Sequence record: NC_049851.1
Reading direction: 5' to 3' (one strand)
DNA: 64,000 nt
The notes under the pieces: model-generated
The model's input: the letters and a program-made list of their open reading frames with translations, nothing else
What the model was told of the DNA's origin: nothing
The model's database searches: none
In this document: positions 37,635 through 47,405 of the stretch, piece by piece
How positions within the stretch are numbered: the stretch's first letter is position 1
Layout of the letters: the number at the start of each line of letters is the position of its first letter
Position numbers and translations under genes: made by a program

Positions 37635-38435
37635 ATGGGATTCAAAACACAGAATGCAAGCGTTAGGCAGACCGAAGATTATGGCAGCAGCTATTACGTC
37701 GGCGTCGTAACCGCAAACAACGATCCACTTGGCCTCAGCCGAGTGCAGGCCAACGTGCCGGGCCTCATGGATACTGCGGCCGGTGAGGTTCCTTGGATCG
37801 GGAGCCTGCGAGACAGTCCGTTTGGCTACGGAACAGGACCCAAGGGCCCTTATGGCTGGTACGGGAGCCCGCAGGTAGGCTCCAAGATCAAGGCAGAGGC
37901 GCAGGGTGGGGACATCCTGCGATGCCTCTACACGAGCCTTCTGACGAAGCCGGATATGCACCCGTGGTTCACGAACCCGCAGCGCTGGGGTTATGTCGAT
38001 CCGTCTGGCAACAGCCTACAAGTCGACATGGCGGCCGGTACGTGGGTGTGGACGCATGTTTCGGGTGACCAGATATCCTACGATGGCAGTGGCAATCGTG
38101 TGAACGTGATCAAGGCCAACGAGACAACGAATGTGCAGGGCAGCGAGACCCACAACATTCAGGGCAGTCTCCAGTTCAACGTGAGTGGCAATGCGACGGT
38201 CCAGTGTTCGTCGTTCAATCTCCAGTGCAGTGGCAACGCTTCGTACTCGGCGGTCACACACCAATTCAACGGGCCCGTGACGATGAGCAGCACTCTTGCC
38301 ACAGGCGGTGACATAACGGATCAGACAGCAAGCGGCAACAGCACGACAGTGGGTCAGTTCCGCACGGCTTACCGCAATCACTACCACCACGTGCCGGACA
38401 ACCCAGACACCAGTACTCCGATCCCGCAGTTCTAA
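37635..38435 (+). CDS. central spike (gp5/gpV-like OB fold + beta-helix)
   Basis: GVVTANNDPLGLSRVQANVPGL; VxG-type repeats; C-terminal NHYHH (HxH metal apex). Confidence 0.85.
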   Translation: MGFKTQNASVRQTEDYGSSYYVGVVTANNDPLGLSRVQANVPGLMDTAAGEVPWIGSLRDSPFGYGTGPKGPYGWYGSPQVGSKIKAEAQGGDILRCLYTSLLTKPDMHPWFTNPQRWGYVDPSGNSLQVDMAAGTWVWTHVSGDQISYDGSGNRVNVIKANETTNVQGSETHNIQGSLQFNVSGNATVQCSSFNLQCSGNASYSAVTHQFNGPVTMSSTLATGGDITDQTASGNSTTVGQFRTAYRNHYHHVPDNPDTSTPIPQF

Positions 38436-38456
38436 ATTTAATAGAAAGGAGTGCTT

Positions 38457-38885
38457 ATGAGTACACCAACAGCATACCAACTTAGCACCGTCGACGCGGT
38501 GTGGGTAGATGCGAGTTCGAAGTTCACGATGGACGGCAACCCGGACCTGCTGCCGGATGTGCTGGCTGTAAATAACTCGCTCTACAACCTGTTCTCATGT
38601 CAGATCGGGGCGCGGGCCCGTATCTTCCAACCGGAGTACGGAGCCGCGTTGCTGACGTTCCTTCAGGAACCACTGGATCAGGGAACAGCAGACAAAATTC
38701 AGGTGGCTTTCATTCAGGCAATCGCTCGATGGGAGCCGCGCATCAAACTCGACTTCAGCAACACGTGGGTCCGTCCGGACTACACGCTGCCCGGCTACCA
38801 GATTCGAATAGCGTACGCGCTGAACCTGAACCTGAGCACGCAGGGCGTTGCTGGTTTCACGATCAAGACTTCATCCACCCAGTAA
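38457..38885 (+). CDS. baseplate wedge gp25-like
   Basis: GARARIFQPEYGAAL..FLQEP...IARWEPRI. Confidence 0.88.
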   Translation: MSTPTAYQLSTVDAVWVDASSKFTMDGNPDLLPDVLAVNNSLYNLFSCQIGARARIFQPEYGAALLTFLQEPLDQGTADKIQVAFIQAIARWEPRIKLDFSNTWVRPDYTLPGYQIRIAYALNLNLSTQGVAGFTIKTSSTQ

Positions 38886-38894
38886 GGTTCAACG

Positions 38895-40724
38895 ATGGCC
38901 ACCTCAACTCGTCCCAACACACTAGAACTGTCGGACATGACTGCTGACGTTGATCAGTTCGTTCAGCAGTTTCAAGCGTTTCTGCAAGGCCGTCCAACGT
39001 GGGTTGGCAACCTGACGACCGCTACCTCGGAAACCCTGATTGAACTCGCGGCCTCGGTGGGCGCGTTCGCTCAAGGTCGTATCATTCGTGCTGCTGAGGA
39101 TTGCTTTGCGGAGACCGCACAGTCGGACTCATCGATCCTCAGCATCACTCAGATGCAGGGCTTGCGCATATCGCGCTATCTGCCTGCTGGTCTCCCGACG
39201 CAACTCTCGTCCCCGGTTCCGCTGACCGTGCCCCCGCTCACGCAGTTTCAGTGTGCGGGGCAATTCTTTTTCAACCGAGAGCAGATAACATTCACTGACA
39301 CGAACCCGGTGAACGTCACGCTGTTCGAGGGGCAGGTCTACGCCTACGTCATGAATGGTAAGGGTTCCGAACGACAGACGTTTGTCGGAGCCCAAGACGC
39401 GTTCGCAGTGTCTGACCGGGACGTTCAGGTGACGCTCAACGGCATGATCTTGCCCAAAGCGTACGGTGGCCTGTGGAACTTCGACGGGTTGCCCGGCTAT
39501 TCGGACCAGACGATGAGCGACGGTCGACTGCTCATCCAGTTCGGTAACTACGGCGGCCTGAATGGCTTCTTCGGCACGATCCCGGGCATCAACGATCAGA
39601 TTATCGTCAGCTACCCCATCACTCAGGGTATTTCGGGCAATAGCTTCACGACCATCAACAAGCAGGTGACGGTCGCTGGGTTCCCAGAAATCGGGGGCGT
39701 CGCAACCGCAAACCCGACGGGCGGCTCGAACGCGAATCCTATCGTGTCCTACAAGAACGTGGCGTCTGGAGGCTTCGGCACCTATCAGTCTGGTGTAACG
39801 AAATCGCAGTACCAGTCGATCATTGCTACGTATCCGGGCATCGTCGACGTGATGACGCAGGCCCAGCGTGAGATCGATCCTTCGGACCTCAAGTGGATGA
39901 ACGTGGTGCGTGTTGCGGCTCTCACATCGAGCCCGTGGACGCAGGCGCAAATTCAGGACTTCTTGAAGTACTGCCAATCGGTGACCATGTACAGCACGTA
40001 CTTCCATTGGCAGGATGCTATCCCGATTGACCGCGATGTCGAGGTCGATGTTTACATCTTCAACTCGGCAACTATCGAGGCAGTGCGAGAAGCTGTGGTG
40101 TCCGAGATAAATGGCCTGTTCGCACCGCGTCCCGGTATCTTGACCACCAACTTCTACGTCTCGGATTTGGAACGCGCGATCTTCCGCGCGGGTAAAGGTG
40201 CGGTGTCCTACATTATCCCTCGTAGTCCTACCGGTTCCATGATCGTCGGTGCGCCGCCGTCTCCGGTTGCCACGTACACAATCAATCCGAATCAGGCACA
40301 GGGCCTTCCGCAGCTTGTGTACGCGTATGGTATCTCGACGGACATGCAGAACGGTGACGTGGGCTATCCGAGTTCGTGGGTGTACCCGCAGGTTACGCAG
40401 GCAGATGGCACGTCGACGATAACGCTGACGTGGCCCGAAGTTTACGGGGCAAGTAAATACCATGTTTGGGGACGCGATTCGGCGCAAGGTTTCGGTCTGC
40501 TCGCCACGATCAATGCGGGCGATCCGCTGACGTTCACGGATAACGGGACCATCACGCCTGTGGGTCCACTTCCGCCTTCGGGCAACTGGCCGATTCGCTA
40601 CAACCGGCTGCGTCCGGTTGACCCGAATGACCCTACGAAGGGCACAACACTCAAAGTGAATGTGTTCTACGCAGAGCGTCAGCAGCGCTTCGACACGAAT
40701 CCGACCCGCATGCAACTTGGGTGA
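38895..40724 (+). CDS. baseplate wedge gp6/gpJ-like
   Basis: LIELAASVG...FAETAQSDSSI; IQFGN; NPTGGSN; GVTKSQY. Confidence 0.8.
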   Translation: MATSTRPNTLELSDMTADVDQFVQQFQAFLQGRPTWVGNLTTATSETLIELAASVGAFAQGRIIRAAEDCFAETAQSDSSILSITQMQGLRISRYLPAGLPTQLSSPVPLTVPPLTQFQCAGQFFFNREQITFTDTNPVNVTLFEGQVYAYVMNGKGSERQTFVGAQDAFAVSDRDVQVTLNGMILPKAYGGLWNFDGLPGYSDQTMSDGRLLIQFGNYGGLNGFFGTIPGINDQIIVSYPITQGISGNSFTTINKQVTVAGFPEIGGVATANPTGGSNANPIVSYKNVASGGFGTYQSGVTKSQYQSIIATYPGIVDVMTQAQREIDPSDLKWMNVVRVAALTSSPWTQAQIQDFLKYCQSVTMYSTYFHWQDAIPIDRDVEVDVYIFNSATIEAVREAVVSEINGLFAPRPGILTTNFYVSDLERAIFRAGKGAVSYIIPRSPTGSMIVGAPPSPVATYTINPNQAQGLPQLVYAYGISTDMQNGDVGYPSSWVYPQVTQADGTSTITLTWPEVYGASKYHVWGRDSAQGFGLLATINAGDPLTFTDNGTITPVGPLPPSGNWPIRYNRLRPVDPNDPTKGTTLKVNVFYAERQQRFDTNPTRMQLG

Positions 40725-40726
40725 TC

Positions 40727-41545
40727 ATGACTTACTTCAATTACCAACTCGATTGGCCAAGCACGGATTACAGGGAGAGTCTGCGTCTGGGTTACCGGAC
40801 ACCGCGCTCGATTCTGCTGCCTCCGTACTTGGCAATCAATCCGTACTACGTAGATTACGTGAACGCGATTGACAACGTGTTTGATGAGCAGGTGGACCTG
40901 AAGACTGAGACGCTTCTGAACCTTCGCAACATGTGGGTAACAAACCCGACCATGGAGCAGGAAATCGTGGATCAGGTCCCGGGCGCAGACCCAAACAATC
41001 CCGGAGGCCACATCGTTGAATTCGATGACTGGTCGCAGCCGGAGCGCGATCTTCTCGTCAAACAGGTGAACGCTCTTGGCATGAAGCTTGCGAATGCTGG
41101 CATCATCAGCAACAACTCGTATCAAGCAATCGCCCGCTGGGTCGGTATGTACTGGTACGGAAAGGGCACGCGAGCATTCATCGACTTCATCAACTACAGC
41201 CTGTCCTCGTTCCTAGATGTGAAGCCACTCTGGACGCAGGACTACGTGCACTTCTATAAACCGGACGATCCAGCCATCGGCGCGAAAATCTGGGAAGGCG
41301 GCACGTGGTATCCGACGACGCATGTGCAGATCATCGCGAAGGGCGGCCTTGGCGACCTAGATATCAACACGCTGGTGGCGTTCTTCTACGAGATCGCGAA
41401 CTACAACCTCGTGCTCTACTCGGTCGACGAAGAGTTCGACATGCCGATCACAGACGATCCGACGTTGGCGCGTACGGACGCGCAGATCGTGGCTCTCGGG
41501 CTCTGGGAGCACCAGACCATTTTCATTCAACCCAATACGAACTAA
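40727..41545 (+). CDS. baseplate wedge gp7/gpI-like
   Basis: YWYGKGTRAFIDFI; synteny after the gpJ-like gene. Confidence 0.7.
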   Translation: MTYFNYQLDWPSTDYRESLRLGYRTPRSILLPPYLAINPYYVDYVNAIDNVFDEQVDLKTETLLNLRNMWVTNPTMEQEIVDQVPGADPNNPGGHIVEFDDWSQPERDLLVKQVNALGMKLANAGIISNNSYQAIARWVGMYWYGKGTRAFIDFINYSLSSFLDVKPLWTQDYVHFYKPDDPAIGAKIWEGGTWYPTTHVQIIAKGGLGDLDINTLVAFFYEIANYNLVLYSVDEEFDMPITDDPTLARTDAQIVALGLWEHQTIFIQPNTN

Positions 41546-41557
41546 GGACTACGCATC

Positions 41558-43303
41558 ATGGCAGACCCTATCGTACCAAACAGTGCGTCGTTCCTGATCA
41601 CAGATGTGGGCTTGGCCGCTGCATCTGTCGCAAAACCCGATGGCCCGTATATCGAGATCGTGGAGTTCCGCATAGGCGACGGCTACGGCTACACGCCGAG
41701 CGCCAGTGACGTTGGCCTGAACGGCAACACCGTGTACACAGGCATCCCGACTTCCTACCAGTTCGTGGGCCCGGACACGCTGGACATCCTGTGTGAGTTG
41801 CCCCCGGACGCTGGCTATTTCGAGTTCGGTGAAGTCGGCCTCTTCCTTCCGGGCGGCGTGCTGTTTGCGAAGGCCGTGTTCCAGAAGCCGCAGCAGAAGT
41901 TCCCGAAGATGACGAGCGCGACCGTCAACACGTACTCGCTGCACTGCCTGCTGAAACTCAAGCAAGCGCTGGCTCTCATCAACGTGACGGTGCAACAAAA
42001 TCCAGCAATCCTGAACGTGTATTGCTGGTCGGATGTGCGGCCGCCTTCGCTTATGGTGAATCCGTACATTCCGGAACTGCTGGTGCACGAGTTGAGCAAC
42101 CGCGACGACGCCACAATCCTGACGCAGGCCGACGTCAACAGTTGGACTGCTGGGAGTACCAGCTACGCCACGTACTCGCCCAACGGCACGAACGCCACAT
42201 ACTTCCAAGCAGTTGCAGGTAGTTCCACGTGGTTCGAAGTACCGGCCGCACAGTGTCACCCATCCGATCTGGGTCAGGCTAACCGTCAGTTCATGGTGCG
42301 GACGTTCGACGGTTACTTCCGTTCCGTCAACAACATCACGGTCAGCGGCTCAAACTACCGATTCAACCTGAACTGCACGAACGACGGTACGTACAACAAC
42401 ACACCGTTGCCGCGTGCCATCGCCCCCGGCGACACGATTCGGATTTACCGCGACGATCAGATGGGCGGCTCGATCTACTACTCGCAGATCGTAGACCCGC
42501 CGTCGATACCGCTGGCCACGCTTGGCAATCCGGGTCTCGCGTATGGTCGCTACGGCACGTACATGCCGGGCCCGGGCGTCATCGAGACATACGGTATGTT
42601 GCAGAGCCCGAGTCTTGGTGTGAACCAGATTGTGGGTGCTGGCGAGGACATGAACAAAACCTCGTGGGTGTCGGGTCTGTACACCATCGATCAGAATGGT
42701 CACGGGCTACCTGCCAACCTGCCAGTGTCGGCCTCTGGACACGCATGGGTGCACTCGGAAAATGCACTTGCCGTGCAGCAGGGTACGCATAGCAACAACG
42801 TCACCCAGATTTTCTATCCGGCAGGTAATGGCGGTGGTGATAATCGTGGGCGTGGTGGCTACCCTCCGTACTGGCGTGAATGGAACGCCCTCAATGACCA
42901 GAACAATGGTCAGGGAGGCTGGACGGACTGGTTCGCGTTGAACGTCATCGGCAAGCAGGGAGGTGGCACCGGTAGCGTAGTGTCCGCGATGAGTCCCAAC
43001 TCGAACGTCGAAATCGACAAGATTGTCACGCTGACGATTCCATCGGCAGGCAACTGGACCATCATGGGCTGGGCGCACGGCATGGTGAGTGTGTACCATG
43101 GTGCGGTTCTGTACATCGACGCAGCGGCCGTGGACTCCACTGGCGCTTACGGTGATACCGAGGGTATCGGGTTCAACACGCTGTGGGGCACGGTCAGCCA
43201 AGGCTACAGCGCCGGGCAGCAGGTGCAGGTGCGTATGCACACCAACTCGACCACTGACAACTACGGCGATTTCCGCGTGATGGCTCTCGCACTGAAACTT
43301 TAA
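41558..43303 (+). CDS. tail fibre (gpH-type N-terminal baseplate anchor)
   Basis: ITDVGLAAA...IVEFRIGDG...FGEVGLF...LFA anchor; fibre-like middle (LPANLP...TQIFYP...REWN). Confidence 0.82.
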   Translation: MADPIVPNSASFLITDVGLAAASVAKPDGPYIEIVEFRIGDGYGYTPSASDVGLNGNTVYTGIPTSYQFVGPDTLDILCELPPDAGYFEFGEVGLFLPGGVLFAKAVFQKPQQKFPKMTSATVNTYSLHCLLKLKQALALINVTVQQNPAILNVYCWSDVRPPSLMVNPYIPELLVHELSNRDDATILTQADVNSWTAGSTSYATYSPNGTNATYFQAVAGSSTWFEVPAAQCHPSDLGQANRQFMVRTFDGYFRSVNNITVSGSNYRFNLNCTNDGTYNNTPLPRAIAPGDTIRIYRDDQMGGSIYYSQIVDPPSIPLATLGNPGLAYGRYGTYMPGPGVIETYGMLQSPSLGVNQIVGAGEDMNKTSWVSGLYTIDQNGHGLPANLPVSASGHAWVHSENALAVQQGTHSNNVTQIFYPAGNGGGDNRGRGGYPPYWREWNALNDQNNGQGGWTDWFALNVIGKQGGGTGSVVSAMSPNSNVEIDKIVTLTIPSAGNWTIMGWAHGMVSVYHGAVLYIDAAAVDSTGAYGDTEGIGFNTLWGTVSQGYSAGQQVQVRMHTNSTTDNYGDFRVMALALKL

Positions 43304-43315
43304 AGAGGTGTACTT

Positions 43316-43960
43316 ATGAATACAGCGGTTGAAGAAGTGAGCACAGTGCAGGAGCAGGAACCACAACCGATCCTGCGCACGTATTACCAGTACATTCCAG
43401 TAGAAGTGGCGGGTATCAAACTGTTCCAGTACAGCGGGAGCAAGATTCAGGCGCAGGAAGGCGATCAGCCTGCCAATTCCACTGAACTTGAACCGCCCCT
43501 CAGCATAGGGCCCACCCTGTGCTACTACTGGGACCAAGATCGCTATCGGTGGTTCTGGTCACCGGACCTCACGAAGCTGGACGGCGCTGGTGCGATCACG
43601 CGTGCAACTGCGGCGGCCGACGCCGCGTTCTCGAAGGCTATGGCCGCTCTCAACCGAGAGTATCCGGAGGCCGAACGCGCTACGTGGGTGCAACAGCGAG
43701 CCGCAGCCGATGCCGTGCTTGCAGGCGGCACCTCGAAGTTGCTGGCCTCGATGCTGTGTGCTGGAGAAACGGCTGAAGAGCTTGCGCTGAAGATCGCGAC
43801 AAAGGCAGATGCGTACGATGCGGCGCTTGGTGCCGCGCTGTTTGATCTCCGGAAGGCCCGCGCAGAAGCTGCTGCGGCCACGCTCGATTCGGCACTGGCT
43901 TCGTGCAAGACCGTGGAAGACCTAGTGAACTACGCGTGGGCTTCCGAGGACATCAAATGA
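43316..43960 (+). CDS. tail fibre assembly chaperone
   Basis: YPEAERATWVQQRAAA...LALKIATKADAY; follows the fibre gene. Confidence 0.75.
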   Translation: MNTAVEEVSTVQEQEPQPILRTYYQYIPVEVAGIKLFQYSGSKIQAQEGDQPANSTELEPPLSIGPTLCYYWDQDRYRWFWSPDLTKLDGAGAITRATAAADAAFSKAMAALNREYPEAERATWVQQRAAADAVLAGGTSKLLASMLCAGETAEELALKIATKADAYDAALGAALFDLRKARAEAAAATLDSALASCKTVEDLVNYAWASEDIK

Positions 43961-44469
43961 GCCAAGCTATCTACGCGCGAATCCTGTACGACGAGATTCG
44001 CATGATGGACCCAAAATCGGGCCTCTACGTCTGGTGTGATCCGGACGAGGCCGGAGTTCTGGAGATTCAGCGCATACTGCATGGCGCTCCGTTTAAAGTG
44101 GAAAACAGTACGGAGTACCACGTAACGGTTCTGTATCACGAGGGCAAGATGCCTGAGCGCATACAGATTCCGGTAGATCGGCCGACAAGTGCGCGGCTTG
44201 CCGGATTCGAGGTGTGGCCGACGGAAAAGGGCAATGTCATGGTGCTGCGTCTAGACAGCCCCGAGCTACAGGAACTCCACGCTGAGTTGCTGCGAACCGG
44301 GCTGACCCACTCGTTCCCGGACTTCAAAGCACACCTAACGGTTGCCAAGAACGTGGACATGAACGACAGAAAGACGCTCGGCTGGTATCTGTCTCGTAAT
44401 CATTACCTGAAGTACTGCCCTACCCATATCACGCTCGATGAACGTGTGAAAGCGTCGTCGCTCGCATGA
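43957..44469 (+). CDS. acb1: Acb1-like 2H phosphoesterase (anti-CBASS)
   Basis: SGLYV, YHVTVLY (HxT 1), FEVWPTEKGNVMVLRLDS, THSFPDFKAHLTV (HxT 2) align with T4 Acb1/57B (TGLYV, HSTICY, LEVWKTQDGSVLVLVLDS, THDFDDYTPHITL; recalled). Confidence 0.88.
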   Translation: MSQAIYARILYDEIRMMDPKSGLYVWCDPDEAGVLEIQRILHGAPFKVENSTEYHVTVLYHEGKMPERIQIPVDRPTSARLAGFEVWPTEKGNVMVLRLDSPELQELHAELLRTGLTHSFPDFKAHLTVAKNVDMNDRKTLGWYLSRNHYLKYCPTHITLDERVKASSLA

Positions 44470-44475
44470 CGCATG

Positions 44476-44514
44476 AAAAGCCCCGTACACTTGTTAGGTG
44501 TACGGGGCTTTTTT
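44476..44514. terminator. intrinsic terminator
   Basis: AAAAGCCCCGTACAC-7nt-GTGTACGGGGCTTTTTT. Confidence 0.92.
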
Positions 44515-44625
44515 GTTACATCTTCTTACATCCTCAATTTTATCGTGCAGAGCCAATTCGGACCTGTCTTCGTGCGAAAGTGACCAGTCGCACGTTGTTA
44601 GCAATACTGAAAGGATCAGAAGATC

Positions 44626-44844
44626 ATGCACTACGAAGAAAAAGGCCAAAAGCTGCAACGGGAAGAAAAGCTGCTGAACATTTCGGCAGCAGTACAGAGG
44701 AAATCGAACCGAACCCTTCTGTATTCTGGATTCTGCTATTACTGCTACGAACGAGTGCATTCGCCGCATATCTTCTGCGACAATGCTTGCCGTGAGGACT
44801 ACGAAAAGGAAATGCGCATCAAGAACGCCACGACATCACGGTAA
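44626..44844 (+). CDS. small Cys4 zinc-finger protein
   Basis: SGFCYYCYE...FCDNACREDYEK; sits alone between two terminators. Confidence 0.75.
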   Translation: MHYEEKGQKLQREEKLLNISAAVQRKSNRTLLYSGFCYYCYERVHSPHIFCDNACREDYEKEMRIKNATTSR

Positions 44845-44845
44845 G

Positions 44846-44886
44846 CAAAAGCCCCACAAGGACTGAGTCCTTGTGGGGCTTTTTGT
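44846..44886. terminator. bidirectional terminator at convergence point
   Basis: CAAAAGCCCCACAAGGAC-tga-GTCCTTGTGGGGCTTTTTG. Confidence 0.93.
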
Positions 44887-45276
44887 TTATGCGCTGTTCT
44901 GCGCGTAGTACACAGACAGAAACGCAGACTCCGTAGCGGTCGACGGGTTCTGAATTGTCACCGTGTCGTACGCGTCATCGATCACCAGCACCTTGTTCAC
45001 GTTGATGGTCGTCATCAACGTGCTGATGCCAAGGGTGACTTGCACTGGTGCACTCGTCCCTAGGCAGAACGCTGTGACCTTCTTCAGGGTGATAGAGGAA
45101 CCGGGGGAAAGACCGACGGACTGTGCCGCCATGTCGTCGGTTCCGTAAATCCCATCAACTTCACCGAGTTGCTTCAGGACCAGCCTGTTGCCGCCCGTCA
45201 CGTTGAGCCGGAAGCGCAGTGTCCGGGGCTTGACCGGAGGCAGGTTCGTGATGCCGCACACTTGATTAGTAGCCAT
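44887..45276 (-). CDS. small virion-like protein, paralog of the N-domain of 48453..50459
   Basis: QSVGLSPG...VLVIDDAYDTVTIQN aligns with QTIVLKPG...QLSIDDPVDQFFITN. Confidence 0.7.
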   Translation of the reverse strand: MATNQVCGITNLPPVKPRTLRFRLNVTGGNRLVLKQLGEVDGIYGTDDMAAQSVGLSPGSSITLKKVTAFCLGTSAPVQVTLGISTLMTTINVNKVLVIDDAYDTVTIQNPSTATESAFLSVYYAQNSA

Positions 45277-45285
45277 TAGCTTCTC

Positions 45286-47175
45286 CTAGATTACCGGAAT
45301 AGGGTTGCTGACGCGCTGTGCCAACGACGTGTAGCTGATTTCCATGTTTGCTACCTCTATGGAAAGTGGCACAGAGTCTGTTGCACGCGCGATGCCGTAA
45401 GATAGAGTTGCGGCACCCGATCCCATGGCCCCCGAGTAGTTCACCACGGGCTTGGAGTCGCGCCACACCTGAAGAGTGCCCTGCGAGCCCAGCACTACGT
45501 GCATCACGTAGTTCACCCAAACGCCTCGTTGTAGAAGCGCATCGGAGTACTGAATGATGGGTATGACATCGGTGGACGCTTGGGTGCGTATCGAAAGCGT
45601 ATCCTGCGCCACGTCCACGGTCAGCGTCTTGGTCGAGGCATCGCGGTCCAGCCCGAATACAGAGCACTGGGACGCTGTGCCTATGATTCCCGGATCGATC
45701 CTGAGCGCGAAGCTGAACCAAATGTCGGTGCCCGTGTTGAGCGTGGCCGTATCGACAAGATCAGCGCGATCAACTGTTGTAAGGTCCGAAACATCACGGT
45801 CACCCGGATTCACCAAGAACTGCTGGGCCGACTGCCTGTTACGGGCCTCCGTGTAGCCACCCAGTACACCGCGCACCGCCATTTGCCGCCCCGATACTGT
45901 ACGCACAGTGGTGGGACCGAACGTCAGCGTGTAGTTGATTGGCCATACGGCTTCCGCGAATCGCGTTGCGTACGCGCTATCGACGTTCGGTGCGAGTGCA
46001 ACCACCGATTCGATGGCCAGCGATCCATACTGGGGCACCGGAATCGTATAGCCGTCTGGTGTGGCAACCACTTGTCGAGACCACACACCACCGTCACGCC
46101 CCTGAATCGCGAGCGTATAGCCGCCATTAGGAATGAACAGTTTGGTCGTGGATGCGACGCGCGTTGTCGCCACAAACGCTGTGTTGTCCGAAGCATTTGC
46201 CCCGTCCTCGATCTGCGGCTTCGAAATTTCGACGGTTATGGAGAACGGGTCCGTGTCGTTGGTTGTGGCAATCACAAGGGCTGCGGACATCTGATCGCCT
46301 GCGATAGCCGAGTTCCAGATGCTGACGCGGCGACGCCCGTATGCGGGAAGCACCGTGTACGATGCGGCTCGCGCATTGCCCGTTTTGAGCACAACGCCGG
46401 TAGCCACGCCCCCAACGTTCAGCACGTTCACGGTCGCTGCGGTTGTGAGGCCGCCACGAGTCAGCGTGGGTGCCGTGCCCGAGCCGCTGTTGAAGCTGAG
46501 CGGAACGCCTGCTGGACTTGCTTCAGTACGCGTGAACCTGATCTGGAGTTTCGGGCCGACCTGCAACACCTCCCACAGAAGTGTAGGATCGCTAACTGTC
46601 CAGCCAGTTGGTAGTGAGCCACCGTTTGCGGACGTGCCGACCAAGGCCCCTGCGAAAGTGGGGTTGGTGATCAGGTTGCTTGTACCGCGCTGAACCATCA
46701 ACCGGCCATCCTCGTCGCGATCATCAACCGTCTGGTTGAATGTCTCGAACGGGTACGCCAGATCACGATAGCGCCAGAAGCGCCCGGCCATAAAGTCTGC
46801 TTTGTACAGCGAGGTGCGCGCCGTATTCAGGTGCGCGGTGCTAACAAACATCGGATCGATGAAGAGGTTGCCCTTCGTATCGATCTTCAGTTCTTGTCGT
46901 GGGACCACGGTTCCGAGTGTGCTATCCGTAGCCACATCGGAACCACGCAATTCCCAGACTGGGGCTTTGTACAGTACGCCATCGCGATACAGGGGAACGG
47001 TGTCGTCGGCTTGTAGCGGGATCGAGGCTTGCGCCATGGAGCCCGTGTAGAGCGTGTCTAGCGCAGAACCTACCGTACCCGATTCGTGTCCGATCAGCGT
47101 AGAGCCGTTCGGCGCGCGCAGCCACGCGGCAATGCGCTGCCGGAAACTCTCGTACAGTGCTGGTATGGAGTACAT
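45286..47175 (-). CDS. receptor-binding/tailspike-like protein with C-terminal lectin or polysaccharide-lyase-like domain
   Basis: N-terminal LRAPNGSTLIG...TVGSALD neck motif; GRLMVQRGTSNLI and QIEDGA...TTRVA fibre motifs; C-terminal WVNYVMHV...GTLQVWRD. Confidence 0.65.
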   Translation of the reverse strand: MYSIPALYESFRQRIAAWLRAPNGSTLIGHESGTVGSALDTLYTGSMAQASIPLQADDTVPLYRDGVLYKAPVWELRGSDVATDSTLGTVVPRQELKIDTKGNLFIDPMFVSTAHLNTARTSLYKADFMAGRFWRYRDLAYPFETFNQTVDDRDEDGRLMVQRGTSNLITNPTFAGALVGTSANGGSLPTGWTVSDPTLLWEVLQVGPKLQIRFTRTEASPAGVPLSFNSGSGTAPTLTRGGLTTAATVNVLNVGGVATGVVLKTGNARAASYTVLPAYGRRRVSIWNSAIAGDQMSAALVIATTNDTDPFSITVEISKPQIEDGANASDNTAFVATTRVASTTKLFIPNGGYTLAIQGRDGGVWSRQVVATPDGYTIPVPQYGSLAIESVVALAPNVDSAYATRFAEAVWPINYTLTFGPTTVRTVSGRQMAVRGVLGGYTEARNRQSAQQFLVNPGDRDVSDLTTVDRADLVDTATLNTGTDIWFSFALRIDPGIIGTASQCSVFGLDRDASTKTLTVDVAQDTLSIRTQASTDVIPIIQYSDALLQRGVWVNYVMHVVLGSQGTLQVWRDSKPVVNYSGAMGSGAATLSYGIARATDSVPLSIEVANMEISYTSLAQRVSNPIPVI

Positions 47176-47184
47176 AGGAATCCT

Positions 47185-47403
47185 TTAAGTGCAAATACAA
47201 ATTACAGGTACTTTGGGGGCAACCACGGCTTCCGTGATGACTTCTACCCACTGCTTACGCATACGTGTGGACGCTGGGTAAGTAGTGAGTGAGTCGGTCA
47301 CAACCTCCACATAACTCTTACGGACTCCAGTGGAAGCCGCAAGTGTAGAATTCGTAACCACCTCACCGTACACCTTACTTACTTGTGTGGTAGGCGTAGC
47401 CAT
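47185..47403 (-). CDS. 72 aa triple-repeat protein
   Basis: Three copies of [VM]xKx[YW]xEV[VI]T. Confidence 0.7.
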   Translation of the reverse strand: MATPTTQVSKVYGEVVTNSTLAASTGVRKSYVEVVTDSLTTYPASTRMRKQWVEVITEAVVAPKVPVICICT

Positions 47404-47405
47404 GA

